Source: Candidatus Puniceispirillaceae bacterium (GTDB lineage Bacteria; Pseudomonadota; Alphaproteobacteria; Puniceispirillales; Puniceispirillaceae). From it: a stretch of 46,814 bases of DNA. The notes under the pieces are model-generated. The model did not search any database. It was not told the DNA's origin and was given only the letters and a program-made list of their open reading frames with translations. The stretch spans positions 1 to 46,814 of the forward strand of contig CBFHRT010000001.1 in assembly GCA_965658285.1 (NCBI GenBank), read 5' to 3'. This document shows positions 19,997 through 29,288 of the stretch, in pieces. Both the position numbers and the translations under genes were made by a program. How positions within the stretch are numbered: position 1 is the first letter of the stretch; every line of letters starts with the position of its first letter.

Positions 19997-21280
19997 GTGT
20001 CTCAGCCAGCAGGAATTGCCATCAACAACACCCACCTTCTCCGCGCTGCGATGCTGTTCATGGTGCTTGGGATCATTGGTCCGGGTTTGTTTCAGCTGAA
20101 GCCGCCGCAATGGTTTGGCGAGTCCGGTGACACTGGGCATCTGGAAATGGCCGCGCTGGCGCCCGCACAGCCGGATGAAAAGCCGGCGTTCGAAGCTGTG
20201 ATATCCGCGCCGCCTGTGGCCGCGCCCGAATCGCAACTTGAAAATACCGCCACCCCAAAATCTGACAGCCAAATAGCCAGCGCGCAAACCGCCCGCGCGC
20301 AACCCACCCGCCCGCAACCCATCCGGAAGAAGGCGCCAGAGGTGATTGCCCCGGCACCTGACAGCCATGCGGCGCCGGCAGATGCAGAGCCGGAACAGCC
20401 AGCCGTAGCCGCGCGCAAAGCGCGGCCGGAGCCATCGACGGAGGTCGCCGCCACAACCGCCGCCACAACCATTGCCAAGAACATCGCCACACCGGCCGTC
20501 ACAGCTGCCGCCGCACCGGCATCACCCGCATCACGGGAAACGGAAGTGGCGTCACTGGCGCCCCGAACGGCCAGGCTTCCGGCGATCCCGGGCGCGTCAT
20601 CCACGCCGCTGGTGGTGACGCGTGATTTTGCCAAACAGATCCCGCAATCGCATGTCGGGCTGCCGGTGAAGCGCCAGAAGGAAAGCTTCGTCACCCTTAC
20701 CCTGCCGCTGATCCTGGCGGCGAATGAGGAAATCTCGCAACGCCGTAGGGCCATTGAGCGGGCCGTATCGCGCGGTGATGAGGCAACGGTGGAACGCTGG
20801 GCGCGCCTGTATCGAATCGAGACCGAAGGAAGGCCTCTTGCCGAGGTCGAGAGACAGTTGCTGCTGCGCGCCGATTTCGTCCCAGTGTCGCTGGCGCTGG
20901 CGCAGGCGGCCATTGAATCGGGGTGGGGCACCTCACGGTTTGCGCTGCAGGGGAATGCCCTGTTCGGTCAATGGGCGTGGCAGAAGGATGCCGGGCTGAA
21001 GCCGGCACGCGCCTCCAACAGCCAGGCGGTCGTCCGCAGCTTTCCCAACCTGTTCGGGTCGGTGCGGGCCTATATGCACAATCTTAACACGCATCCCCGA
21101 TATGCCGCTTTCCGGGCGCGCCGGCATTTGTTGCGGGGGCGGACACAGGCTGAGATTGGATATCAGCTGTCGAACTTCCTTGATGGCTATGCGGAGATCG
21201 GTGAGGCCTATGTCGCCAAGCTGAAAACGCTGATCCGCTCGAATGATTTCGGGCGGTATGAGGCAGCAAGGCTTCGCTGA
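19997..21280 (+). CDS. Membrane-anchored glucosaminidase-domain protein (GH73, Bax/FlgJ-like) with Pro/Ala-rich linker
   Basis: N-terminal hydrophobic segment; AQAAIESGWGTSRFA..GNALFG; SV.AYMHNLNTH..Y; GYAE. Confidence 0.85.
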   Translation: MSQPAGIAINNTHLLRAAMLFMVLGIIGPGLFQLKPPQWFGESGDTGHLEMAALAPAQPDEKPAFEAVISAPPVAAPESQLENTATPKSDSQIASAQTARAQPTRPQPIRKKAPEVIAPAPDSHAAPADAEPEQPAVAARKARPEPSTEVAATTAATTIAKNIATPAVTAAAAPASPASRETEVASLAPRTARLPAIPGASSTPLVVTRDFAKQIPQSHVGLPVKRQKESFVTLTLPLILAANEEISQRRRAIERAVSRGDEATVERWARLYRIETEGRPLAEVERQLLLRADFVPVSLALAQAAIESGWGTSRFALQGNALFGQWAWQKDAGLKPARASNSQAVVRSFPNLFGSVRAYMHNLNTHPRYAAFRARRHLLRGRTQAEIGYQLSNFLDGYAEIGEAYVAKLKTLIRSNDFGRYEAARLR

Positions 21281-21331
21281 TTTGCCGGCCATTTGACCAT
21301 GTGCGCGGCACCGGTATGTCTTGTGCCGGGG

Positions 21332-22357
21332 TTATTCGGTCAGGAACTGCCGGCCAAACCAGCGCCAGCGGCCTTCCGGGCCCGGCATCGTGCAGTTGAC
21401 CCGGGCGCGCTTGCCGACAAGCGGCCCCGGCATTCTGATTTCGGCCCGGCGTCCGATGATGGCGACATCAAGCTTGCCATATTTGCTGTTGAAACAGCGA
21501 AGCTGGCGTTCCTTATCCATGTCCGGCGCCAGCGTGAAGCCATAGAGCGGCGGATTCGTTCTCAGCACGACATCCGCCGGCACGATCTCGCCGACCTTCA
21601 ATGGCAGGCCGTTGATCGCCAGCTCGAGGCGTTCGCGGTTGCCATATTGCTCATTCATTGCAAAACGCGGCAGCTCGAAATATCCATCATAGCCGTGCGC
21701 GACACCGGAATTCTGCCCGAAGGCAGCCTCGAAACCGGCGGCTTTCACAAGATCGATAACGTCGAGATTGTATTCACCATAAGGATAGGCGAAGAGGGTC
21801 GGCCGGATGCCAAGCTCGGCAAGAAAGCGGTCATTGCTGACCGCCAGTTCCTCGCGATTGGACTCGATCGATTTCTGATGCATATGCGGATGTGTCTGCG
21901 TCTGGCTGCCGATGCCCAACCCGGCAGCCTGCCATTCGCGAAGCTGATCCCAGCTCATATAGCCGCGAAGATTACGATCGACAGGGCGTGTGGCGACAAA
22001 CAGCGTGGCGTGGAATCCGCGCTCTTTCAACCTGGGCATGGCCTCTTCATAGACCGACAGGTAGGCGTCATCGATGGTGATCGCCACGGTGCGGTCCGGA
22101 ACCGGCTTGCCGGCCTGAAGATTGCTGATGATTTCCGCCAGCGGCAGGACGGAATATTTCTCGTCGGCAAGGATTTCGAGATGTTCCTCGAATTGCTCGA
22201 TCCGCACATTGGTGCTTGGATAATTATCCTCGCCAAACCTGTGATACATCAGAATGGTCGCATGGTCGGCGGCGCGCGTTTCAGCGACGGCACCAAGAAT
22301 GATGCCGGCCAGGATTACGGGCAGCAGGAACAGGCGTTTGGCGAAGTACATGAACAT
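21332..22357 (-). CDS. Secreted polysaccharide deacetylase (CE4, IcaB/PgaB-like permuted type) with extra C-terminal domain
   Basis: Signal peptide; ILMYHR, ITIDDAY, MSWDQLRE, FAYPYGE, LPR motifs. Confidence 0.87.
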   Translation of the reverse strand: MFMYFAKRLFLLPVILAGIILGAVAETRAADHATILMYHRFGEDNYPSTNVRIEQFEEHLEILADEKYSVLPLAEIISNLQAGKPVPDRTVAITIDDAYLSVYEEAMPRLKERGFHATLFVATRPVDRNLRGYMSWDQLREWQAAGLGIGSQTQTHPHMHQKSIESNREELAVSNDRFLAELGIRPTLFAYPYGEYNLDVIDLVKAAGFEAAFGQNSGVAHGYDGYFELPRFAMNEQYGNRERLELAINGLPLKVGEIVPADVVLRTNPPLYGFTLAPDMDKERQLRCFNSKYGKLDVAIIGRRAEIRMPGPLVGKRARVNCTMPGPEGRWRWFGRQFLTE

Positions 22358-22517
22358 TATCGATTGCGGCCGGGGCAGGTTGGTGAAGCGCCCACCATAC
22401 TGTGCTAGACATTGTCCGACCAGAGGCAGTTTGCTCTGTTTGGGCCTTTAATGTGCTGTCCCGGACGGCCGCCGGTTGTTGTTGAAGGCGTGATGCCAGG
22501 AAAGGTTTGACTCCCCC

Positions 22518-23288
22518 ATGTCTGAGCTGCCGGAAGATGCTGTCATCCTTGCGCTGGAAGCAAGCGCCGACCAGGCGTCGGCCGCGATTTGGCGCGCCGA
22601 CGGGCGGCACTGGCAGGAGATTCACGCGGCGCGGCATGGCCATGCCGCGATGATCACCGAGCTGGCCCGCCAGGCAATGGATCAGGCCGGGGTGACAGCC
22701 GCAGCGCTTACGCATGTTGCCGCCGGGCGTGGTCCGGGGTCTTTTACCGGCATCAGGGTGGCGCTTGCCGCGGCAAAGGGATTCGCACTTGCCAGCGGGG
22801 CGACCGGGATCGGCGTGTCCTGTCTTGCCGCGATGGCGCATGCGGCGCGTACCGGTCAGTCCGACCTCGCTGGCCGCCGTCTTCTTGCCACCGCCGATAC
22901 ACGGCGCGGAAGCTATTTCTGCCAGATATCTGATCCGGCCATTGCAACCGCGCTGCCGATCCATGATATCGATCCCGAAAGCGGGCAGGAGAAGCCGGAG
23001 GGCTGGCAGGATGTAACTGTCATCGGTCCCGGCGCGGCGGCGCTGGCGGCTGCCTTTCCGAATCATGTTCTGACAAGGGGGGTGGATACGCCGCCGGTCG
23101 ATGCCCTGCAGATTGCGCGGCTGGCGGCGCATCGCCTGCAGGCGGACCTCACCGCAGAGCCGTTGACGCCACTCTATGTCGTGCCGGCCTTCCTCGGGCC
23201 TGCGCCGGCAGGTTCAGCATCCAGACATACGGCATCCAGACAAACGGTATCCGACCCTGCGGCATCTGACCCTGCGGCCGGGTCGTGA
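22518..23288 (+). CDS. tsaB: tRNA t6A biosynthesis protein TsaB
   Basis: GRGPGSFTGIRVALAAAKG, DTRRG, PLY; upstream of rimI. Confidence 0.92.
   Translation: MSELPEDAVILALEASADQASAAIWRADGRHWQEIHAARHGHAAMITELARQAMDQAGVTAAALTHVAAGRGPGSFTGIRVALAAAKGFALASGATGIGVSCLAAMAHAARTGQSDLAGRRLLATADTRRGSYFCQISDPAIATALPIHDIDPESGQEKPEGWQDVTVIGPGAAALAAAFPNHVLTRGVDTPPVDALQIARLAAHRLQADLTAEPLTPLYVVPAFLGPAPAGSASRHTASRQTVSDPAASDPAAGS
23216..23275 (+). repeat. Four degenerate 15-bp in-frame repeats forming the TsaB C-terminal tail
   Basis: AGCATCCAGACATAC / GGCATCCAGACAAAC / GGTATCCGACCCTGC / GGCATCTGACCCTGC, encoding ASRHT-ASRQT-VSDPA-ASDPA. Confidence 0.85.
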
Positions 23289-23758
23289 TCAGAGATATCA
23301 CAAAGGCCGATCTTGACATCATCGCCGGTATCGAGGCGGCCTCCTTCGTACATCCGCTGACGCGTGACGACCTGCTGTCACTATATGATCAGCCGGCCTT
23401 GCGGGGGTTCGTGCTGGCACCGGATGGCGGGATGCCGGCAAGCTATGCGTTGTTTCTGAAGGCCGGTGATCTGGCCGATCTGGTCTCGACCGGCACCGCC
23501 GCAGAGGCGCGCCGTCGGGGTTTTGCGTCGCGGTTGCTTGCCGGCTCGCTGCGCCGCCTTGCGGCGGACAATGTCACCGAGGTGACGCTTGAGGTTGCCG
23601 TCGACAATGTGGCGGCTTTGGCGCTCTATGCCGATCTCGGTTTTGACAAGGTGGGGCGACGGCGCGACTATTACCGGCGGGTGGATGGCCGCGTCGATGC
23701 GCTAATCCTGCGATGGCGGCTCTCGCCCGGGTGTCCTGTGGGACAGGGTTCGGCTTGA
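23285..23758 (+). CDS. rimI: GNAT acetyltransferase, RimI-like
   Basis: RRRGFA acetyl-CoA motif, LEVAVDNVAALALY..LGF..VGRRRDYY; GTGA overlap with tsaB. Confidence 0.82.
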   Translation: MIRDITKADLDIIAGIEAASFVHPLTRDDLLSLYDQPALRGFVLAPDGGMPASYALFLKAGDLADLVSTGTAAEARRRGFASRLLAGSLRRLAADNVTEVTLEVAVDNVAALALYADLGFDKVGRRRDYYRRVDGRVDALILRWRLSPGCPVGQGSA

Positions 23759-23869
23759 CCGCCGCTGCCGACCGGCATAGAAAAGCCCGGAAAATATGTC
23801 GGGATACCCCGCCTGGCCTGCACCTTGTCTGGCCTGCATCTTTCAAATTTTCGGAAAAGAGCCGCGATC

Positions 23870-25207
23870 GTGTCAAAGAAACTGTTCATCAAGACCTACG
23901 GGTGCCAGATGAATGTCTATGATTCAGACCGCATGACCGATGTTCTGGCGCCGCTTGGCTACAGCACCACAGCCACTGCCGATGGCGCCGACATGGTGAT
24001 CCTGAACACTTGTCATATTCGCGAGAAGGCCTCGGAGAAGGTGTTTTCCGAACTTGGCCGGCTGCGGATGATGAAGGACCGCGCCCGTGATCAGGAAGGT
24101 CGCCATGTGGCGATTGCGGTGGCCGGCTGCGTGGCACAGGCCGAGGGCGAGGAAATCACCCGCCGCGCGCCCTGGGTCGATATTGTCGTCGGACCGCAGA
24201 CCTATCACCGGCTTCCCGAGCTGGTCAGCAGGATCGATCCGGGGGCACGCCAGCGGGTGATCGACACCGAATTCCCCGAAGAGGTGAAGTTCGACCAATT
24301 GCCGGGTGAGCATGCCCCGCGCGGGCCGGCGGCGTTCCTGTCCGTGCAGGAGGGATGCGACAAATTCTGCGCCTTCTGCGTTGTTCCCTATACACGGGGC
24401 GCCGAATTCTCACGTCCGGCGGCCGGCATTCTTGAGGAGGCACGCCGTCTGGTTGGCACCGGCACCTGCGAGCTGACGCTGCTTGGCCAGAACGTCAATG
24501 CCTATCATGGCGAGGCGCCGGATGGCAGCATCTGGAGCCTGGCGCGCCTCATTCGCGAGCTTGCCGAGATCGACGGGCTGGAGCGGATCCGCTACACCAC
24601 CTCACACCCGCTGGACATGGAAGATGATCTGATCACGGCGCATCGTGACGTGCCAAGCCTGATGCCCTATCTGCATCTTCCGGTGCAGTCCGGCTCGGAC
24701 CATATCCTGGCCGCGATGAACCGCCGCCACACGCATGATGTCTATCTGCGCGTTCTCGACAGGCTTCGCGAGGCACGCCCGGATATCGCGTTTTCCGGTG
24801 ATTTTATCGTCGGTTTTCCGGGTGAGACAGACCGTGATTTTGCCGAGACGCTGGCCCTTGTCGACAAGGTCGGCTATGCCTCGGCCTATTCCTTCAAATA
24901 CAGCCCGCGCCCCGGCACGCCGGCCGCCGCCTCGGACGAGCAGGTGCCGGAGGATGTGAAGGCGGACCGGCTTGAGGCGCTGCAGCAATTGCTGAATGCC
25001 CAGCAGCTGGCCTTCAACAAGGCAAGTGAGGACAAGGTGATGGATGTTCTGATCGAGCGGCGCGGTGGCCGCCCCGGACAGGTGGCAGGACGCAGCCCCT
25101 ATATGCAGGCGGTCAATCTGGAGGCCGGCGACGACCTGATCGGCAGCATCATTTCCTGCCGCGTCACCGAAGCAAAGCAGAACAGTGTGGTTGGGGCGGT
25201 TGCATGA
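23870..25207 (+). CDS. miaB: tRNA-2-methylthio-N6-dimethylallyladenosine synthase
   Basis: [20 protein letters not shown], radical-SAM [20 protein letters not shown] domain; GTG start. Confidence 0.97.
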   Translation: MSKKLFIKTYGCQMNVYDSDRMTDVLAPLGYSTTATADGADMVILNTCHIREKASEKVFSELGRLRMMKDRARDQEGRHVAIAVAGCVAQAEGEEITRRAPWVDIVVGPQTYHRLPELVSRIDPGARQRVIDTEFPEEVKFDQLPGEHAPRGPAAFLSVQEGCDKFCAFCVVPYTRGAEFSRPAAGILEEARRLVGTGTCELTLLGQNVNAYHGEAPDGSIWSLARLIRELAEIDGLERIRYTTSHPLDMEDDLITAHRDVPSLMPYLHLPVQSGSDHILAAMNRRHTHDVYLRVLDRLREARPDIAFSGDFIVGFPGETDRDFAETLALVDKVGYASAYSFKYSPRPGTPAAASDEQVPEDVKADRLEALQQLLNAQQLAFNKASEDKVMDVLIERRGGRPGQVAGRSPYMQAVNLEAGDDLIGSIISCRVTEAKQNSVVGAVA

Positions 25208-25229
25208 CCGGATTTGCGTGGTAAAGGCG

Positions 25230-26234
25230 GTGAAGCCTACCTCCATTCGTATGGAATTCGAGGATAATGGTACGCTTGCCAGGCTGACAGGCGAGCATAA
25301 CCAGAACCTCGCGCGGCTTGAAAAGGCGCTTGATGTTGCGCTGGACAGTTTTGGCAACAACATCACCGTGTCCGGTTCGGCGGCGGCGGTGAAGACGGCG
25401 CGGCGGGCGCTTGAGGATATCTACCGGCAGCTCGGTAGTGGCGCCGACGTTCCCGAGGATGGCGCGCTGATCAGCGATGTGCTGCGCTGGGTCACGGTTG
25501 GTGATGGCGCCGGCGATGCCGACCGGATTGAGGGACAGAACAAGGGCCAGAGTGGCGGCCAGATTATGGGCCAGAATCAGGGCCGTAATGTCGAGACATG
25601 GCGCAAGAAAATCATCGCCAAGACACCGGGACAGGCCGCCTATCTTGATCTGCTTCGCAAGCACGAGGTTGTGTTCGGCCTTGGCCCTGCGGGTACCGGC
25701 AAGACCTATATGGCGGTGGCGAAGGCGGTCGAGTCGCTGAAGAAACGCGAGATCGAGCGGATTGTGCTGTCGCGCCCGGCCGTCGAGGCGGGTGAGCGTC
25801 TGGGCTTTCTTCCCGGCGATATGAAGGAAAAGGTCGACCCCTATCTGCGGCCTCTCTATGACGCGCTCTATGACATGATGCCGGCGGACAAGGTTGAGCG
25901 CATGCTTGTCAGTGGCGAGATCGAGATCGCCCCGCTGGCCTTCATGCGCGGGCGGACGCTCAGCGCCTCCTATGTGATCATCGACGAGGCGCAGAACACC
26001 ACCCCGGTGCAGATGAAAATGGTGCTGACAAGGCTTGGTGAGGATTCCCGCATGGTCATCACCGGTGATCTCAGCCAGATCGACCTTCCTGACGGCCAGC
26101 CGTCGGGCCTTGCCGATGCCGTCGGGCGGCTCGGCAATGTCGAAGGTGTGGGGATCAAGCATCTGTCAGGCAAGGATGTTGTCAGACATCCGGTGGTGGC
26201 GCGGATCTTGCAGGCCTATGAAAGCGACAGCTGA
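25230..26234 (+). CDS. phoH: PhoH-family ATPase (YbeZ)
   Basis: GPAGTGKT, RPAVEAGERLGFLPGD, PLAFMRGRTL, DEAQN, GD..QIDL, DVVRH. Start uncertain (GTG 25230 or ATG 25251). Confidence 0.93.
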   Translation: MKPTSIRMEFEDNGTLARLTGEHNQNLARLEKALDVALDSFGNNITVSGSAAAVKTARRALEDIYRQLGSGADVPEDGALISDVLRWVTVGDGAGDADRIEGQNKGQSGGQIMGQNQGRNVETWRKKIIAKTPGQAAYLDLLRKHEVVFGLGPAGTGKTYMAVAKAVESLKKREIERIVLSRPAVEAGERLGFLPGDMKEKVDPYLRPLYDALYDMMPADKVERMLVSGEIEIAPLAFMRGRTLSASYVIIDEAQNTTPVQMKMVLTRLGEDSRMVITGDLSQIDLPDGQPSGLADAVGRLGNVEGVGIKHLSGKDVVRHPVVARILQAYESDS

Positions 26235-26332
26235 AACAAGCAAGCCACTGGACAGACCGTGCAAAATCAGTCCAAATGGGGATCCGGCGCATGACGCCGA
26301 CAGATCTGCAAGGAGCCGCAGTAGTTACTGGC

Positions 26333-26917
26333 ATGAACGCGATGCCCCTGGAGCCTGACAGTCCGGACCCGGACCCTCTCTCATCCGAACATTGGCAAAC
26401 CGATGGCGGCAGCCATCTGGATCTGGTCATCGACCGGCATATATGGCCGGACGATATAATTGATGCTGTCCGCCCGACGCTGGTGCTGGCGACAGATATC
26501 GCCTGCGAGGCTTTCGATTGGCCGCGGCTGGAAATCGGCGCGCTGTTTGGCGGCGATGACCGGATTCGCGACCTCAATCTGCGGTTTCGTGGTAAGGATG
26601 AACCAACCAATGTACTGTCCTTCCCGTCAGATGATGATGCCGCGATGATGGAGTCCGACGCCACGAGGCTGGCCCCCGGCGAAATCGCCATCTCCTATGA
26701 AACGCTGTGCCGCGAGGCGGCGCAGGAGGCGAAAAGCGTCAGCGATCATTTGATACATCTGTGGGTTCACGGACTGCTGCATCTGATGGGTCATGACCAT
26801 CAGGCCGATGATGAGGCTGATCTCATGGAAGCTGGCGAGGTCAGCGTTCTGGCCCGGCTTGGCATCGCCAATCCCTATGCCGAGCCAGCCGAAAATCCGG
26901 CAGGAGGGACAGGTTGA
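26333..26917 (+). CDS. ybeY: rRNA maturation endoribonuclease YbeY
   Basis: LN..FRGKDEPTNVLSFP and HGLLHLMGHDH. Start uncertain. Confidence 0.93.
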   Translation: MNAMPLEPDSPDPDPLSSEHWQTDGGSHLDLVIDRHIWPDDIIDAVRPTLVLATDIACEAFDWPRLEIGALFGGDDRIRDLNLRFRGKDEPTNVLSFPSDDDAAMMESDATRLAPGEIAISYETLCREAAQEAKSVSDHLIHLWVHGLLHLMGHDHQADDEADLMEAGEVSVLARLGIANPYAEPAENPAGGTG

Positions 26918-27762
26918 TGGTACGCGCATTGCTGTCAAAAATCTTTCCGGCGTTGAACCCGCCAGCGTCACGGCGCGACGAGCTGGAAAGTCTGCTTGCC
27001 GTTCCGTCCGCCGACATGGCGAGCTTCGATCCGCATGAAGAAGCGCTGCTGCGCAATATTCTGGGCCTTCAGGATCTGAATGCCTCGGATGTGATGATTC
27101 CGCGCGCGGATATCGTCTCGGTCAGCATGTCGGAAAGCTTTTCCGAGATTATCGCGCAGATGACGGCGGCCAATCACAGCCGGCTTCCGGTGCGGCGCGA
27201 GACCCTCGACGATATTGCCGGCATCATCCATATCAAGGACGTGTTCGCGCATCTTCATGCTGGCAAGGCGCCTGATATCGGCACGCTGTTGCGCCCGGCG
27301 CTGTTCGTGGCGCCAACCATCAGGCTTCTCGATTTGCTTCACGAAATGCGGTTGCGTCGCCGGCATCTGGCGCTGGTGGTCGATGAATTCGGCGGTGTCG
27401 ACGGGCTGATCACCATCGAGGACCTTGTCGAGGAGATTGTCGGCGAGATCGAGGATGAGCATGACCAGACAGTGCAGCCGCAGATGACATTCAACGAGGA
27501 TGGCACAATCCTTGCCGAGGCGCGGCTCGAGGTGAAGGAGCTTGAAACCCTGACCGGGCGGTTGCTCGAGGATGATGATCGTGACGAGATCGACACGCTT
27601 GGCGGCCTTGTCTGCGCGGTTGCCGGACGTGTGCCGGGGCGCGGCGAGGTGGTACGCCATCCGTCGGGTCTGCAGTTCGAGGTGGTCGAGGGCGATCCGC
27701 GGCGCCTGGCATTGCTGAAGATTCGCGGTGTCTCGCGTCAACTGCAAAGCGCCGGTGACTGA
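26917..27762 (+). CDS. corC: CBS-domain protein CorC/YbeX (HlyC family)
   Basis: DVMIPRADI, HSRLPV, VVDEFGGVDGLITIEDLVEEIVGEIEDEHD, DTLGG; TGATG overlap with ybeY and GGAGG RBS. Confidence 0.9.
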   Translation: MVRALLSKIFPALNPPASRRDELESLLAVPSADMASFDPHEEALLRNILGLQDLNASDVMIPRADIVSVSMSESFSEIIAQMTAANHSRLPVRRETLDDIAGIIHIKDVFAHLHAGKAPDIGTLLRPALFVAPTIRLLDLLHEMRLRRRHLALVVDEFGGVDGLITIEDLVEEIVGEIEDEHDQTVQPQMTFNEDGTILAEARLEVKELETLTGRLLEDDDRDEIDTLGGLVCAVAGRVPGRGEVVRHPSGLQFEVVEGDPRRLALLKIRGVSRQLQSAGD

Positions 27763-29260
27763 CGCGCGCCGGCGGTGGCAGCGACTGGCCATCGCCATGC
27801 TGGCCGGCATGGTGGCGTCATTTTCCCTGCCCCCCTTTGGTCTTGTACCGCTGATCGCGGCATTGTCGGTGCCGGCGCTGATGCTCGCCCGTACCGGCGC
27901 AATGCTCGAGGCGGGTCTGATCGCCGGCGCCGCCGGTTTTGGCTGGTTTTTCGCCTCGCTGTGGTGGATCTCCCTGTCGATGGTTACGGGAGGCACAGGC
28001 CACTGGCCATTGATCCCGCTGCCGTTGCTCGGCATCCCGGCGCTTCTGGCGCTGTTCTGGCTGCCGGCGGGCCTGCTGGCGCACCGGCTTGGCCGGACTC
28101 CGGCGGGGCGATTGCTGCTGTTTGTCGCGATGCTGTCCCTTTGTGAATGGGCGCGTGGTCATGTCGCCACCGGCTTTCCCTGGAACGCGCCGGGATATCT
28201 GTTTTCGGCGCATATATCGCTGTTGCAGATTGCATCCCTTGTTGGTCTCTACGGCCTCACATTACTGGCCCTGATCTGGGCGATGGCGCCGGCGCTGTGG
28301 TGGCTTGGCTGGCGGCGGCTGGCGGTTGTCACCGTGCTGATCCTGCCGCTGGCAGCCTTTGCCGGCATGACCCGGCTTTCAAACCTGCCGACGGTATCAG
28401 ACGATGCGCTGCCGAAGACGGTGCGGATTGTTCAGCCGGCGGTCCCGCAGCATGAAAAGTGGGACAGGACCAAGCGTCCCGGGCATCTTCGGACACTTAC
28501 CTCGCTGTCGCGTGATACCCATCCGATCCCGCAGCTTGTGATCTGGCCCGAAACGGCCTTTGCCGGCCGCCTTGACCGCGAGGCGGCGCTGCTTCGCGAG
28601 ACGGCATGGGAGGTGCTGCCGTTCGACGGGTGGTTGATCACCGGGGCTCCCAGGTTTGATGCGCAGGACCGGCTGTTCAATGCCGCCGCGCTGATCGATC
28701 CCAAAGGCCAGATCCAGGCTCTCTATGACAAGCGCCGCCTTGTGCCGTTTGGCGAATATATACCTTTTCGCCGGTTTCTGCCTTTCGCCGATGCGCTTGT
28801 CGGGCCGATCGATTTTTCACCTGCTGATGGCAACAGCTTGTTCACCCTGCCACATTACGGCCATCTGCAATTGCTGATCTGTTATGAGACCTTGTTTCCC
28901 GGGGGTGTCGTCTCGCCCGGCCCACGCCCGGACATGCTGGTCAATTTGACGAACGACGCCTGGTTCGGTCATACGCCCGGGCCCTGGCAGCATCTGGCAC
29001 AGGCCCGCATGCGGGCAGTCGAGGAAGGCATCCCGATGGTTCGCGTAGCCAATACGGGTATCAGCGCCGTATTTGACGGCGCTGGCGGCAAGCTTGGTGA
29101 AATCGGTCTTGGCGAGACAGGCTTTCTGGATGTAAAACTGCCGCCGTCACTGCCGTCAACCATCTATGCACGGTGGCGTGAAACAGGCTTTCTGGTGCTG
29201 CTCGGTATGTTTGTCGCTGTCATCATCTGTCTTGACCGTGCCAGATCTATGAGGCAGTAG
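27755..29260 (+). CDS. lnt: Apolipoprotein N-acyltransferase
   Basis: TGFPW, WPETA, YDK..LVPFGEY, ICYE, NDAWFG, RAVEEG, ANTGIS. Confidence 0.95.
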   Translation: MTDARRRWQRLAIAMLAGMVASFSLPPFGLVPLIAALSVPALMLARTGAMLEAGLIAGAAGFGWFFASLWWISLSMVTGGTGHWPLIPLPLLGIPALLALFWLPAGLLAHRLGRTPAGRLLLFVAMLSLCEWARGHVATGFPWNAPGYLFSAHISLLQIASLVGLYGLTLLALIWAMAPALWWLGWRRLAVVTVLILPLAAFAGMTRLSNLPTVSDDALPKTVRIVQPAVPQHEKWDRTKRPGHLRTLTSLSRDTHPIPQLVIWPETAFAGRLDREAALLRETAWEVLPFDGWLITGAPRFDAQDRLFNAAALIDPKGQIQALYDKRRLVPFGEYIPFRRFLPFADALVGPIDFSPADGNSLFTLPHYGHLQLLICYETLFPGGVVSPGPRPDMLVNLTNDAWFGHTPGPWQHLAQARMRAVEEGIPMVRVANTGISAVFDGAGGKLGEIGLGETGFLDVKLPPSLPSTIYARWRETGFLVLLGMFVAVIICLDRARSMRQ

Positions 29261-29288
29261 AGCAGAGATTTGAAATCTGGAGATAGAT

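Noticed and set aside
29261-29288. Possible SAM riboswitch before metK
   Set aside because: The spacer is only 28 nt and I could not see a SAM-II, SAM-V or SAM-SAH pattern; an Infernal search would settle it.
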